DNA from: Octopus bimaculoides
Taxonomy: Eukaryota
Assembly (NCBI RefSeq): GCF_001194135.2
Contig: NC_068989.1
Location: forward strand, 50,433,273 to 50,497,272
Direction: 5' to 3'
DNA: 64,000 bases
Below are positions 25,690 through 38,358 of this stretch, in pieces; position 1 is the stretch's first letter, and each line of letters starts with the position of its first letter. The notes below the pieces were generated by a model that saw only the letters and a list, made by a program, of their open reading frames with translations, did no database searches and was not told the DNA's origin. The position numbers were made by a program, and so were the translations under genes.

Positions 25690-26640
25690 TAAAACTCAAT
25701 AATGTTTATGGTGAAATGCAAATTAAGACTGACAACCAAGCAATTATAATGCCTCTTAAATCCTGATGGATTTGAATAAACCGAAATTTTGAAAATGTAA
25801 TCTCAAACTAAAATAATTTGATGGATTATTCATTGGAATTGTTGGGAAGTTTTACACATTATTGGAAACTGATAAGACGATAGATGGTGTGCGTGTTGTT
25901 GATGTGGAATGTAATAAAAATATCATGGCTTGTTTGGTATGGACGTGATGAATACTGATAGTTCAACATTAACTCTTGTGACTGAAGCTCCAGGATAATT
26001 TTGGAGTATAAAATGATTTAAGCATAACAATCTTCAGAAAGGAAATTAATATCAGGCCATGTTCTTTCTATCCAAGAATATTGTCAATAGACATTGAACC
26101 ATTAGTCATAATGATATTGAAGAAACTAATTAAGAATGTTCTGTGAACTGTTCCTATTCGTAAATGTGCCTCTCCGATATTTGCTCTGACCAAGGCTGAG
26201 TGAAATTTTAGAATATAAGGAAACTATAAAATATGTTAAAAGAAAGAGTCTGTTCTGATTTTTATCCAAATATTGAATCGATCCATTAATGTCTTTCGAA
26301 CATGAATTAGTTTCCTAAATTCAAATTAAAGGTATATTATCAGATAGAAATGTCTAAAATACACTAATAGGTCCTTTTACAATAACAAAGGTGAACGTAG
26401 CTTCAATAGGAAATTAAAGCAGGCAGTACTACGCGTCAGAGATCATTTGAACATGTTGATGTGGTATGGCATTTATACTGATATTATTTATGAAGATGAA
26501 ATATTTATTGGTGTTAAAACTTTTGGAAATCTATATATCAAAGTAGATAAGATCATAAAAGTTTAGAATTATCAGACACGGTGATTAATTGCGATAAATG
26601 TGTTAGAGACTGATTAATTGTCTTCAGAGAATATAGACTA
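25690..26640 (+). mobile_element. Highly decayed Gypsy-like LTR retrotransposon pol relic (protease to RT)
   Basis: VKLNNVYGEMQIKTD (protease-like), YGRD, KCASPIFALTKAE (W.SP.V.V.K), IIYEDEIFIGVKT (YxDD-like). Confidence 0.4.
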
Positions 26641-27269
26641 ACAAAGGAAAATATATCAGCAGATCATTGTTCAGTAGTAAGAAGTATAGACGTAAAATCT
26701 ACCAAGGGATAAGAAGTAATTAGAGTCTTTTCTCTGACTTGTTAATTTCTCTGGAAGTGGCTCTGGCTATTATTTTGACTGTATTCGCACTTGTATTGTT
26801 TCGTGAACCTGATGTCCCATTTTCATTGAGAACGTAATCACAGAATGTATTGGAGTACACCAATCTGATACTAGTATTGAAGTCAGTGATCCATCTATTT
26901 ATGATGTCACAAAATAACTTAACAATTGATGGAAATGAAAAGTCAATATCAGGAATAATTTCATAAAGAAGTTGAAAGAGGAACCTGAAGTATGGAGAAA
27001 GGCACAGGGGCACGGCATGTTTTGGTTGGCGTAATGTTTATATTGGTCTTAAGTTATAGGTCACTAGAATTTATTTGAAGCATTTGTGGTTTGTCGAAGT
27101 TAGTATCTACTCAATTTATGTGATCTTAAAAATGATAGTATTTCAGAAGGTAATATCTTATGGAAACAGTTCACAAATAGTACCCGTTAATACTGACTTA
27201 TATACTAATAATGCTGCTTTTGATTAAAACGTATCGAGTCGGTGATGGTATTTCATCTATTCTTCATTT

Positions 27270-27836
27270 GAGCAAGCTGATCTCCAAGAGGACAGTCAAA
27301 GTAAAGCTTATAAATCTTCTTGATCTCTGGTGTTATTGTACCTTTTTGAGCCTTCACAATAAATTGTCCACAGACATAACAAAACATGCCAGGACGATTT
27401 CTACACTGTCTTGACATTGTTAATATTGTAAGACAAGTAAGGAAATAGATACAAACGGTTATACTTAGATTGAATTTGAGATTATGAAACATTTCATCAG
27501 GCCAATTATGACTGGACAATTTGAGATGTTGAAATATCTATTTCATCAGAAAAAAACTTGATTGGTTAATTTAAGATGATGAAATATTGCATCTGAATTA
27601 TGCAGCAATGAATAATGTAGTTTATTATAAATGTGTTTCCATGTTGTAAATTAAATAAATGCATATACGTCATTAACAAGAATTTCTATATAATGTTTGA
27701 GCTAAAACACCAAACTTCCTCATCTTGAAAACTGTACGTGATGTCAAAACACTAATTGTATATTTGAAATCAGCATTGAAAACTACATTAAGTACACCTT
27801 GACATATGATTGATGAAACATGTTTGTTGACCAGGG
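27270..27836 (-). mobile_element. Chapaev3-like (CMC) DNA transposon 5' fragment
   Basis: MSRQCRNRPGMFCYVCGQFIVKAQKGTITPEIKKIYKLYFDCPLGDQ matches the C.N.P..FCYICG...LYFGC..GDQ N-terminus I associate with Chapaev3; terminal CCTGGTCAACAAA...TGCTGATTTCAAAT resembles its TIR. Confidence 0.55.
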
Positions 27837-28084
27837 TAAACTTAAACTAACGATGATGACGATCCACGGGCTTCAAATTGTAGCATTAAATTCAGTAACA
27901 ACAGCATTTTTGAGTATGATCCACTTCCATATTCCTAGTGATGGTCACAGTCGTTGACGTCAAGTCTTCTTTGTTGTCTTGATCGTTTGTTGTTATCGCC
28001 TTTGACGTCGTCGTATAATTAGTAATAGTATACCTTTGGGGCGCTGGCAGAATCATTTGCATGTCGCACAAAATGCTCAGTAGC

Positions 28085-28250
28085 ATTTCTACAGGCTCTT
28101 CACGTTCTGAGTTTAAATTCAGCGGAATTCAGCTTTTCTTTTCATTATTTATGAGTCGGTAAAACAAGTACCGGTCCAATATTGGGATGATGTAATCGAA
28201 TTATCTCCTTCTGTGACATTGCTAGCCTTGTACCAAAATTTGAAAAGATG
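28085..28250 (+). mobile_element. Diverged tRNA-derived SINE fragment (family C)
   Basis: GTTCTGAGTTTAAATTC (B-box-like)...AAACAAGTACCGG...GATGTAATCGA...CCTTGTACCAAAATTTGAAA with (GAT)n tail. Confidence 0.5.
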
Positions 28251-30865
28251 ATGATGATGATGCGAAGTCGTATCAGCCTAATTAGGTAGGAAGATACATA
28301 TTGGCACGCGTACCAACATCGGTATCATGGAGAGAGAGGCCTTCATGCATACACCAATTCTAGGGTCCATAAAAAAATATGAAAGACGTGCAAAAAAGCA
28401 TGTGCAAAATATGGCCACCATAGGCCGACGGAGGTCCTGTATATTAAAGTACATCCTGCCCTATCTTTTTTATGTTTCCTCTGATTAAACAATCTGATGA
28501 GCGCCCTCCTTTTCATGGCATTGGAATTTCATGATAGAGACTTTGACTGCTATTTCCTACATGCTGAGCAACCATGTGGGGACTTTTTCGTTTAAAAGCA
28601 ATACCACGTAGATGGGGATATACAGAAGGGGACAAACGTTTTTTTTTTTCTTTGCTGCCTTCTACAATGTTTGGCTTTATTACAAGCAATCGGCCCACGT
28701 CACTGGTGGAAAATTAACTTTGTTTCTTCATCTTCCAGACTTTGAGGCCCAATAAATTTAAATGGTAAAATATGTTTTCTCTCTACTTCTCAGACCAACT
28801 GGTGAAAAGAAACCCAGAAAACAAAGAGATGAAAGACATATTTTCCTGACATTATCTCCTGTAGTGATCTTTTCATTACTGGTTGTAAACCAACGCAAAT
28901 TCAGTAACCAACCACGAAGTAATCCGTTCTTACCATAAATAATGTGTATAGAATATTTGGTTGCGACTTACAGACATGAAATTCAATTTCTTGAAGGTCA
29001 GGTGGGATTGAAAAATCGCCGTTTTTTTTTTTTTTTTGTAATTACATATCAGATACCATCATTGCAGATGTTTTGTAATTTACCTTATCATCTTGTGTAT
29101 TGTAGAATATTGGGAATAGAGTACAGTATCAAATGTAGAACAAGCTAAACATGTGGGATGATGTGGTAGTGTGTGCAAAACTGAGGTTGTGTACTACTTA
29201 GGTTATTTCCTTTCTAACTTCCATATTCACCTCTGTCAACATTCAGAATGTTCTTCTTTTAATTCCATATTTCCAACCAGTTTCAAAGATTTAGAGCTTT
29301 AAATTACATCCAAGTATTTAATTTGTATCATTCTAATACGTGGCTATCTTTTTCAAGCTGGTTTCTCTTTATCAAAGCTCACCAGTAATTTTATTTCATA
29401 TATGCTTAAAAATCAGTTTATATTTTATCCATCAGTGATAACTTCACTGACAATTGAATTATTTACCAGAGCACCAGAAAATGTCCGGCTATGGTCATGC
29501 GATTGATATTTACTTTTATATGCTCTGTATGAGCTACTAGCAGTTACCTGCGAAACAGTGTCCTTAACATACCAGATTTATTTCCATTAACATTTGGAAA
29601 CATCTGTGTGAGAGAAAGTGTTAAAACAAACTCAATAAAATAAAATATGTACCATGTTTTAAAGCATATACACCGCACTTAACAATGGATAATGGTAGCC
29701 AAGATTCAGTAAATTAAATATTTCAAATACAGGCAGATACCTATTCACACATATATAAACACACTCAAACATGAGTCTGTGCGTCTGGATGCGTGTATAT
29801 ATATTGACGATTGTGTGTGTGTGTGTGTGCGTGTGTGTGTGTGTGTGTGTGAATATATGCATGTGGTTGTGTTTGTGTGTGCGTGATTTCACAAAGCTTA
29901 TCAACTCCAAATGCGATGAATGGAAGTTTGATGGAAAGAAGAAAGACGAATAGAGTAAAAAGGATTGAAAATCCATGCAAAGATAAGTGAATCACAGCAG
30001 AAACATGTTAATCCTTTTTATAGAAATTCTACTTACAATTGAAAACCGTTAATGATTATCACACAATGCTTATTTACATTGCTATATATTAAAATTCTCT
30101 CTCTACGCTCTCGGCAAAATCAGAGGAATAGAAATTATAAAACCAAAATGATTTCTGGTTTGGAGATTTAGAAAATTCTTCATACAATTAATTGAATATG
30201 AAAATGAAATTATTTGAAATAAAATAGTTTAAAATTTTACTCACACACACACGCGAAAGCACACACACATATATATATACAGCAACAATTACACACACAT
30301 ACATATAAATGTACATACACATACACAAGCGCACAGTCACACACACATGCGCACACAAACACTCAGACACACACAATCACATGCACACACATACACTCAC
30401 GCACACAAGCACATATACTGGGTCTAAAACATATGCTACCATCATTTTAAGAATTTCTTAAAGTTTGACTTAAATAATATCGGTAAGGCGATAAAAGATA
30501 CGTACGAACGGAAATTCTCATGAGATTTACTGATTAATCAGAGAAATATATTGCTCAAAGTATTTATTTCGTAATAAATGAAAAGCTGAATGAAATTTTG
30601 CTTTATAAAATTGTTCTATACATCATTGATTTTTCGCAAATACCTTAAAGTTTTATGTTCATTTTTTCCCCTTTGTTATGTGCAGTGTTTTATATTCGCT
30701 GTCGTTATACACGTATGTATACTGACATCGCATGTGCATGGATAACACTGTATATATATATATATATATANNNNNNNNNNNNNNNNNNNNNNNNNNNNNN
30801 NNNNNNNNNNNNNNNNNNNNNNNNNNNNNNNNNNNNNNNNNNNTATATATGTATGTATGTATGTA

Positions 30866-31735
30866 TATAAATAGACACACCATAAAGCACCGTATTATAT
30901 TTATTTTAACTTGAAAGTGTTCACATTTTTTAATAATTGAAATTTTCATGTTTCACATTCTAAATGTGATTACCACATACAAAAGAAGCCTTGGAAATGT
31001 CCGAATTTCAAAGAAGCCATATTGTGGGTCAATCTGAAAGTGAATTTAGCGTAAAATCACAGAAAAACCTTGGGATCCTGCGTTCTACAGTTAATAGAGA
31101 GATTGTGAAATTCCCCAGAGAGGAGAAGGAGTTTACATCACCTCACCCAGGTCGACCAGAGACCTCTGCCAAGACTCTTCGCTTCATTAAGAGGATAATC
31201 CTTATTGCAAGGCCTCTGACATAGCAGAACAAGTTGATGTCAATCCCAGAGTAGCTATCGAATATCTCCACAAATTTGGTTACTTTGCCAGAGCAGCAAG
31301 AAGGAAACTACTTCGATCAGCCAATATCCAGCGGAGAAAGGATTGGATCAGGGAGATGGTGGAAGAGCCACTAGCATTTTAGGACACTGTCATATTCTCC
31401 GATGAGTTCACATTTACTCTATGTCCTGATACCGGTCGAGTGAGGGTCTGGAAACTCTTTGATCAAGAATTTGACGTGAACAGGGTGAAGCCAACAATGA
31501 AACACGGCAGTTATTCAGTGATGTCTGGGGAGCGATTTGGAGCAATGGACGATAAGAGCTGATGGAGTGTGAAGGAAACACATTGTACAAAGGAGTTCCA
31601 ATATCCAGTGGTGAAGTTATTAAAAGCGACTTTATTTATGGAAGATGGGGGTCTTTGTCACATGGCTAAACAAGATTGGTTGAAAGCGAATGACATTAAA
31701 TAGCTTCCATGGCCAAGCTAGTCACCATATATAAG
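30866..31735 (+). mobile_element. Tc1-like transposon fossil (family T1)
   Basis: MSEFQRSHIVG...PGRP, YLHKFGYFARAARRK, VIFSDE, KHGSYSVM, WPS*SP; terminal AAATAGACAC shared with the copy at 45335. Confidence 0.85.
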
Positions 31736-31760
31736 GTCAATTCACACACACACACACATG

Positions 31761-31826
<66 letters not shown>

Positions 31827-32786
31827 NNNNNNNNNNNNNNNNNNNNNNNNNNNNNNNNNNNNNNNNNNNNNNNNNNNNNNNNNNNNNNNNNNNNNNNNNN
31901 NNNNNNNNNNNNNNNNNNNNNNNNNNNNNNNNNNNNNNNNNNNNNNNNNNNNNNNNNNNNNNNNNNNNNNNNNNNNNNNNNNNNNNNNNNNNNNNNNNNN
32001 NNNNNNNNNNNNNNNNNNNNNNNNNNNNNNNNNNNNNNNNNNNNNNNNNNNNNNNNNNNNNNNNNNNNNNNNNNNNNNNNNNNNNNNNNNNNNNNNNNNN
32101 NNNNNNNNNNNNNNNNNNNNNNNNNNNNNNNNNNNNNNNNNNNNNNNNNNNNNNNNNNNNNNNNNNNNNNNNNNNNNNNNNNNNNNNNNNNNNNNNNNNN
32201 NNNNNNNNNNNNNNNNNNNNNNNNNNNNNNNNNNNNNNNNNNNNNNNNNNNNNNNNNNNNNNNNNNNNNNNNNNNNNNNNNNNNNNNNNNNNNNNNNNNN
32301 NNNNNNNNNNNNNNNNNNNNNNNNNNNNNNNNNNNNNNNNNNNNNNNNNNNNNNNNNNNNNNNNNNNNNNNNNNNNNNNNNNNNNNNNNNNNNNNNNNNN
32401 NNNNNNNNNNNNNNNNNNNNNNNNNNNNNNNNNNNNNNNNNNNNNNNNNNNNNNNNNNNNNNNNNNNNNNNNNNNNNNNNNNNNNNNNNNNNNNNNNNNN
32501 NNNNNNNNNNNNNNNNNNNNNNNNNNNNNNNNNNNNNNNNNNNNNNNNNNNNNNNNNNNNNNNNNNNNNATATATAGATAGTTTCAACATTTTTAGCTGC
32601 TATTTCTGAACTTCGGTATGTGGTGAAGCAACCTGTTTGCTGAACCCTTAATTTTGTTTATAAATGTATAAGAACTTTTAAATAAGTTCCACACCGATAA
32701 TGGTGCTTACATACCGATGGGCTTGGTAAAAATTATTAATTATTAATTTATTAATAAATTGATAATCCTTTACCCTTTTAATTGTA

Positions 32787-32818
<32 letters not shown>

Positions 32819-34148
32819 CAGCGTATTTTAACATCGGAAGCATGTAATGATTAGCTTTTTCCATGCCCCATTCTTGTTTCGCACAAAAACGTATTAAGCC
32901 TCATAATGACATATAAGTATATGGGTGCACATTCACAACGATTTGTTAATTTAGCTTGAACAGCATATTAAACTTATAAATTTGCATATAAATTGCCAAA
33001 GATATGCTATTTCCATTAATGACAGCTAAAATATTCATTTAGAATGTTATTACACAATGTTTCAGGTGCTGTGTGCTTAATTACTCAGAGAGTTAGCTAC
33101 GTTATATGAGGACACACCGTGCTGGTACCAGCGCATCCAAATTTAACAACTTTTACGTCGACACTATGCTGCGCTTTGGTAATTGCCTCTCAATAAATTA
33201 TTCAAACATTGCATTACTTCTTCTTTCATAGCACTTTAGTCTTCAAATGGGATTAGTTTTGTTAATTCTCTTTTCATTCTACGAAGGCAAGGGATTACAC
33301 TGTATTGAAAGGAAAAGACCAACCAAGGGTATAATCCAAGGTATTCCGTTTCTTGTATATTAGCTTGTGGATAACAGATGGGGATATAATAAGTATTTGA
33401 AATGATGTTATCTGATTCACATAAGACGTTGGTAATAGTCCCTTGAAAATTATAAGAATTTTACAATCAATTGTAATTGTACATATGAAATACAATATCG
33501 CATACTAGAAGGTTCTTCTTGCTTTTCCCTTTACTTTTACAATGGTTTTCCAACTTGATATTGTATATTCCTCGTTCTTTGTTTTATAAGTTCAATATGC
33601 TTTGTATTAGGAAAAATGCGTCGCAAGATATGAAACAAGATACAGTGCAATAACATACACCTTATAACTTCGTGTCTTCAAACAGATTCCAAACGATGTA
33701 CCTTCTGCGATTCCCCAGGACCGAATGAGTCGATCTCTAATTCTTAATTCTGGTTTCTGTTGAAATAAATGAAAAACAAATCAACATTTCAATATTACTC
33801 ATATCGCCTGTAGATCAATGGTTCGTAATTTCCCTGCAAGAGCAGTTGGTTTCGACATTGCAGAGTAGCATAACGTGTTTAGTGTATATCATTGGCATTG
33901 CTTCAACTAGTGAGCTATACTATTTTATGTATTTTTAACTTAGTTCATCTTACTGGGTTGGACTGTTCATTGGTTAATAACATTACTATAAAAGCTGCTG
34001 AGTGACATTAATTTCGTATAAAATACCAACATTTCAGCTAACAGGTCAGTAACCGAATGATTCGATCAAATGCAATTCTGCAATATCACTTCCGTATCAA
34101 TGAGAAAAAGAATATGTGATTGTTATCCCTCAACAAAAGTAATGATTT

Positions 34149-34191
<43 letters not shown>

Positions 34192-34596
34192 CTTCGGCCG
34201 ATCAGTAGCCAAAGAAACAGATTTCAACTCAAACCAGCAGTAACTTTCCTTGTTTTTAGTCCCAGATCTCTTGAATTCAACTATTCTACTATTTTGCTAT
34301 CATGAGAGGATAAACTTACACAAATGTATATACAACCTGGGGAAACAGATATGAACCAAATCTAAACCCAAGATTAGTTCTAAAACTAGTCCTGCGAATC
34401 AATTATTTTCTCTTGATTTGTATTAAACACACTGCTCCTTCTGATTTGTACTAAATACACTGAACTCTCTCACACACACCCAGATACAGCCACGCATTTC
34501 CGAATATATTGACACAAACCTTTCCGCGGTGCATTCACTATTCTACATCAAGTCATCAATAACTGACGTACAGTGTATAATACTGTCCCACTGAAT

Positions 34597-35687
34597 ATGG
34601 CCAATAATATTCTAAAACGCCACTGGGTAGAAAACGAAATCAGTGCATTGATAGACGCCTGGTACACTCACCATAACGATTGTGTAAGAGCTAATGTCTA
34701 CGGTAAAATCGCTGAAAAATTAGCGTCACAATCCTTTTACAGATCTGTAAAACAGATAGAAAACAAAATAAAAGAAATCACAAGATCATTTCATACTTTA
34801 CACAAGCACATGGCAACACTAGAAGACATACTTGTCAATGGATGTAGTGCATCAACTGACTCAACTCCAACAGGTCAGGGGTCACCTCAACGTCTCGGTA
34901 GCCAGCAACAAACAACATCCTCATTGATATCGATATCTGACCTTATTCCACCCAACACTACCGTGGCAAGCCAGGACTCACTATCACAACAACAGAAGCC
35001 TGCTACTACTACTACATTGGAAGCACCTTGTTTGGCACCACCATCCGACCTGATTCCACCCAGCCCTACTGTTGCAAGTCAAGTTTCACTAACGCTACAA
35101 CAACAACAACAACAACAGTCTGCTTGTGCTACTACAATAGGACCACTGACCAACGAGCCTGCCAATATAGAAAAACCTATACTCTGCCTACGTCAACAAC
35201 CCCTTCGTTACCATTTTCAAGGTAACTGTAGATTTGGCCCCGGTGGCACCAACAACAAGGGACGCTGTACTTTTCTCCATCCTACCTTATGCGGTAGACT
35301 TGTTAAGGGCACCTGTCCATATTGTATAACGACAAAAATTGTCCTCACCTCCACTTGAAATACTGTCCTAAATACAGAGTCCATGGTACTGATTCTAATT
35401 ATGCATGCACAAAGGGAAATGGGTGCACCGTCTTCCATCCTAAACTGTGCCACAATTCTGTGTCACTAAGGACGTGCTTGAACCCAGAATGCAACCACCA
35501 CCATCTGAAGGGCACAAAACGATCGAAAAATAAATATAAACAGCAACAGAGCAGACCTACGACAACAACAAAAACATTACAAAAATACAACCACATTTCA
35601 CCTCCTACAACCAAACAACGAAGACAGAACTCTGGAAAAATCACAACACCAAATAACATAAATTTGAACTATGTATCCTTTGAATAA
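34597..35687 (+). pseudogene. LINE ORF1: Myb/SANT (trihelix) domain, S/T/Q linker, tandem CCCH zinc fingers (one frameshift ~35325)
   Basis: KRHWVENEISALIDAW...YGKIAEKLASQSFYRSVKQIENKIKEI fits Myb_DNA-bind_4; C.FG...CTFLHP.LC, CPHLH.KYC, CTVFHPKLC, CLNPECNHHH are CCCH-type repeats. Confidence 0.7.
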
Positions 35688-35930
35688 GTGGTAAACCAAA
35701 CAGGTAACACTTTTTTACTAACTTATCTCGAAAATATGAAGGCCGACCTAAGCCAGGAGATCCAACGAGCTATCAGCAACTATTTATGCAAAACACAAGG
35801 CACACCCACCTACCACCAACTAGAAAATCATACACACACAGCTCCATACAAAAAACTACCCTCATTGCTAAATCTGAACAATATAAACCATAACTTAGAG
35901 CAATTCAAACATCAAACTACCCTTACCTCA

Positions 35931-36298
35931 ACATTCCTATTAAATGTACGTGGCCTCAACCCATCACTCATTGCCCAAAAATGGAAGATCCCATATATAG
36001 AGAGTTCGCTTGCCGAAACGGCACATTGCTTCCCTTTCTTTATCCTTACTAAAACTCACCTAAACAGCACACATGGATGCCGAGGTGAAAATAAAAGATT
36101 TCCCCATCGTCCGTACAGCTCGCACAGACGAAATAAAGTCGGGAACAACCATCTTTCTCTATGACTCCTTTTCAGTTGATGCCAAGGACATATCTTCCAA
36201 TGGCTATTGTGAATCTATATCACTATTCAACAAGGCAAAAGACGTAGTAATTGTTGGTCTTTACAGGCCTCCCCAAGCACCTCTAAAGTGCTTTGAAC
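35931..36298 (+). pseudogene. AP-like endonuclease domain (ORF2 N-terminus, frameshift ~36070)
   Basis: TFLLNVRGL...KIPYI...FFILTKTHL / DAEVKIKDFPIVRTAR...SNGYCES...VGLYRPP. Confidence 0.8.
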
Positions 36299-36548
36299 NN
36301 NNNNNNNNNNNNNNNNNNNNNNNNNNNNNNNNNNNNNNNNNNNNNNNNNNNNNNNNNNNNNNNNNNNNNNNNNNNNNNNNNNNNNNNNNNNNNNNNNNNN
36401 NNNNNNNNNNNNNNNNNNNNNNNNNNNNNNNNNNNNNNNNNNNNNNNNNNNNNNNNNNNNNNNNNNNNNNNNNNNNNNNNNNNNNNNNNNNNNNNNNNNN
36501 NNNNNNNNNNNNNNNNNNNNNNNNNNNNNNNNNNNNNNNNNNNNNNNN

Positions 36549-36592
<44 letters not shown>

Positions 36593-37238
36593 TGCCAGGT
36601 CAATCTTAAGCGCCACGGGTAACATGTAACCCAGTACAACTTATTGCATGGTCGGGTCGTTGGCCATTAAACTGGCAACTCCACCAGGCTTACTTGGTGT
36701 GGAGGGTGATTATTGGATGCCCTGCAGGACGAAAACTAAGACCTGTCAAAGAGCGGAAGAGCTCCTGTGTCGTCAACGGCCACCCAAAATTATGTGCACA
36801 AGGGTATTTGTGTGTATGTACGTATGTGTGTATATTTGTATATATTTAATTTATATCGTTTTATATGTTGTATCATTGTCTTTATCTACATCTTTTTATA
36901 TATTCATATATATTTTATGTAATTATATATATATCTTTTTATTTTATTTATCTAAATAACATTTTTAAATTGTAAAAGTTTCAAACTATATATATACGTA
37001 TGTGTATATATATANNNNNNNNNNNNNNNNNNNNNNNNNNNNNNNNNNNNNNNNNNNCTGTGTCGTCAACGGCCACCCAAAATTATGTGCACAAGGGTAT
37101 TTGTGTGTATGTACGTATGTGTGTATATTTGTATATATTTAATTTATATCGTTTTATATGTTGTATCATTGTCTTTATCTACATCTTTTTATATATTCAT
37201 ATATATTTTATGTAATTATATATATATATATATATATA

Positions 37239-38260
37239 TAGGGCTTGGACAAAATAATGGAAACACCTTAAAATTTGAAATAAATTTACTTTAATATGCA
37301 GTAGGACTGCCTTTGGCAGTAATTACAGCTTGAATTATTCGAGCTATGGACACGTACAAACTTTGAATTGTTTCCAAAGGAATTTTTGTCCATTCTTCAG
37401 CTAAAACAGTCTCCAGTTCTTGTAGTGATGATGGTGGAGGATATCGGCTCCCTACATGTTTTTTTTCTAAATTGCACCATAAATGTTTAATAATATTGAG
37501 ATCTGTGGCCAGATAATATGTTCACCTTCACTAGAATGTTCCTTATCTATTCAGTAACAACTTGAGCTGTGAGGGAAACTCAGTCTTTCAGGATGATATC
37601 CTGAAAGACTGAGTTTCCCTCCGGAAACAGTTCCGCAAATATATGATGAATTTGATTAGATAAAAGGCTAAAATAGTCTTGGCTATTAATTCTACAATGA
37701 AGGGAAACCATTGGGCCAGCAGATTTCCAAGATATAGCTCCCACCAGATCATGACATTCTCCTTCATGTTTAACACTTGGAAGAAGTCAGTCTGGGTCAA
37801 ACGCTTCTTTTGGCTGTCCTCACACGTATACTCGGCCGGTGGTCAGAAATAATCTAAAGGATGACTCGTCCGATAAAATAACAGTTTTACATTGTTATAG
37901 GAACCAGTTCTATAGTATTTTACTCCACTCTAAGTGGTCACAACGCGCTTTACATCGTTTCAACTTCTGAACGATGGTACCCTGCTGGTTAAGCGTGCAG
38001 GTAAAATAGTACCAGACATCTTGCAATATTTATCACTCGTGACCGACAGAATGTTAAAAGTGCTTCACAAGCTTTTTTCACACTAAATACAACGATGTAC
38101 AGATGTCTCATTAACATTTCTTTCATTTCTTGCTCCGTTCTGTGTTTTCTAAAATCCTATGTTGATGGATGTGTGGCGTGAAAATTTATATCCTCGCAAA
38201 TTCAAGGATGAAAATATACCTGAACAATCAGAGATGGCCATTATCTGACAAGGTATGGAA
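37239..38260 (-). mobile_element. Tc1-like transposon fossil (family T2), internally deleted
   Basis: TIR TA-GGGCTTGGACAAAATAATGGAAACACC is the inverse of 44267-44299; 37300-37450 aligns to 44100-44240; degenerate TIR near 38238-38260. Confidence 0.8.
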
Positions 38261-38315
38261 GTCATTGTATTTATATATACATGCATACACACACAAACAC
38301 ACACACACACACACA

Positions 38316-38358
<43 letters not shown>

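Larger units (their letters stand above)
34191..36298 (+). mobile_element. 5' part of an APE-type LINE (Proto2/CR1-Jockey-group-like): 5' UTR, ORF1, start of endonuclease; truncated by gap
   Basis: Begins right after (TA)n; continuous A/C-rich coding strand; CCCH ORF1; APE motifs LLNVRGL, LTKTHL, DAEVKI, SNGYCE, VGLYRPP. Confidence 0.75.

Noticed and set aside
26720-27013. 97-aa minus-strand ORF after an acceptor-like site
   Set aside because: No recognisable domain; it lies between Gypsy and Chapaev relics, and the plus strand reads equally like decayed coding sequence.
36765-37225. Identical ~165-bp direct repeat (36765-36930 and 37058-37222)
   Set aside because: The copies are identical and sit on either side of a 43-N gap; most likely an unmerged contig overlap.
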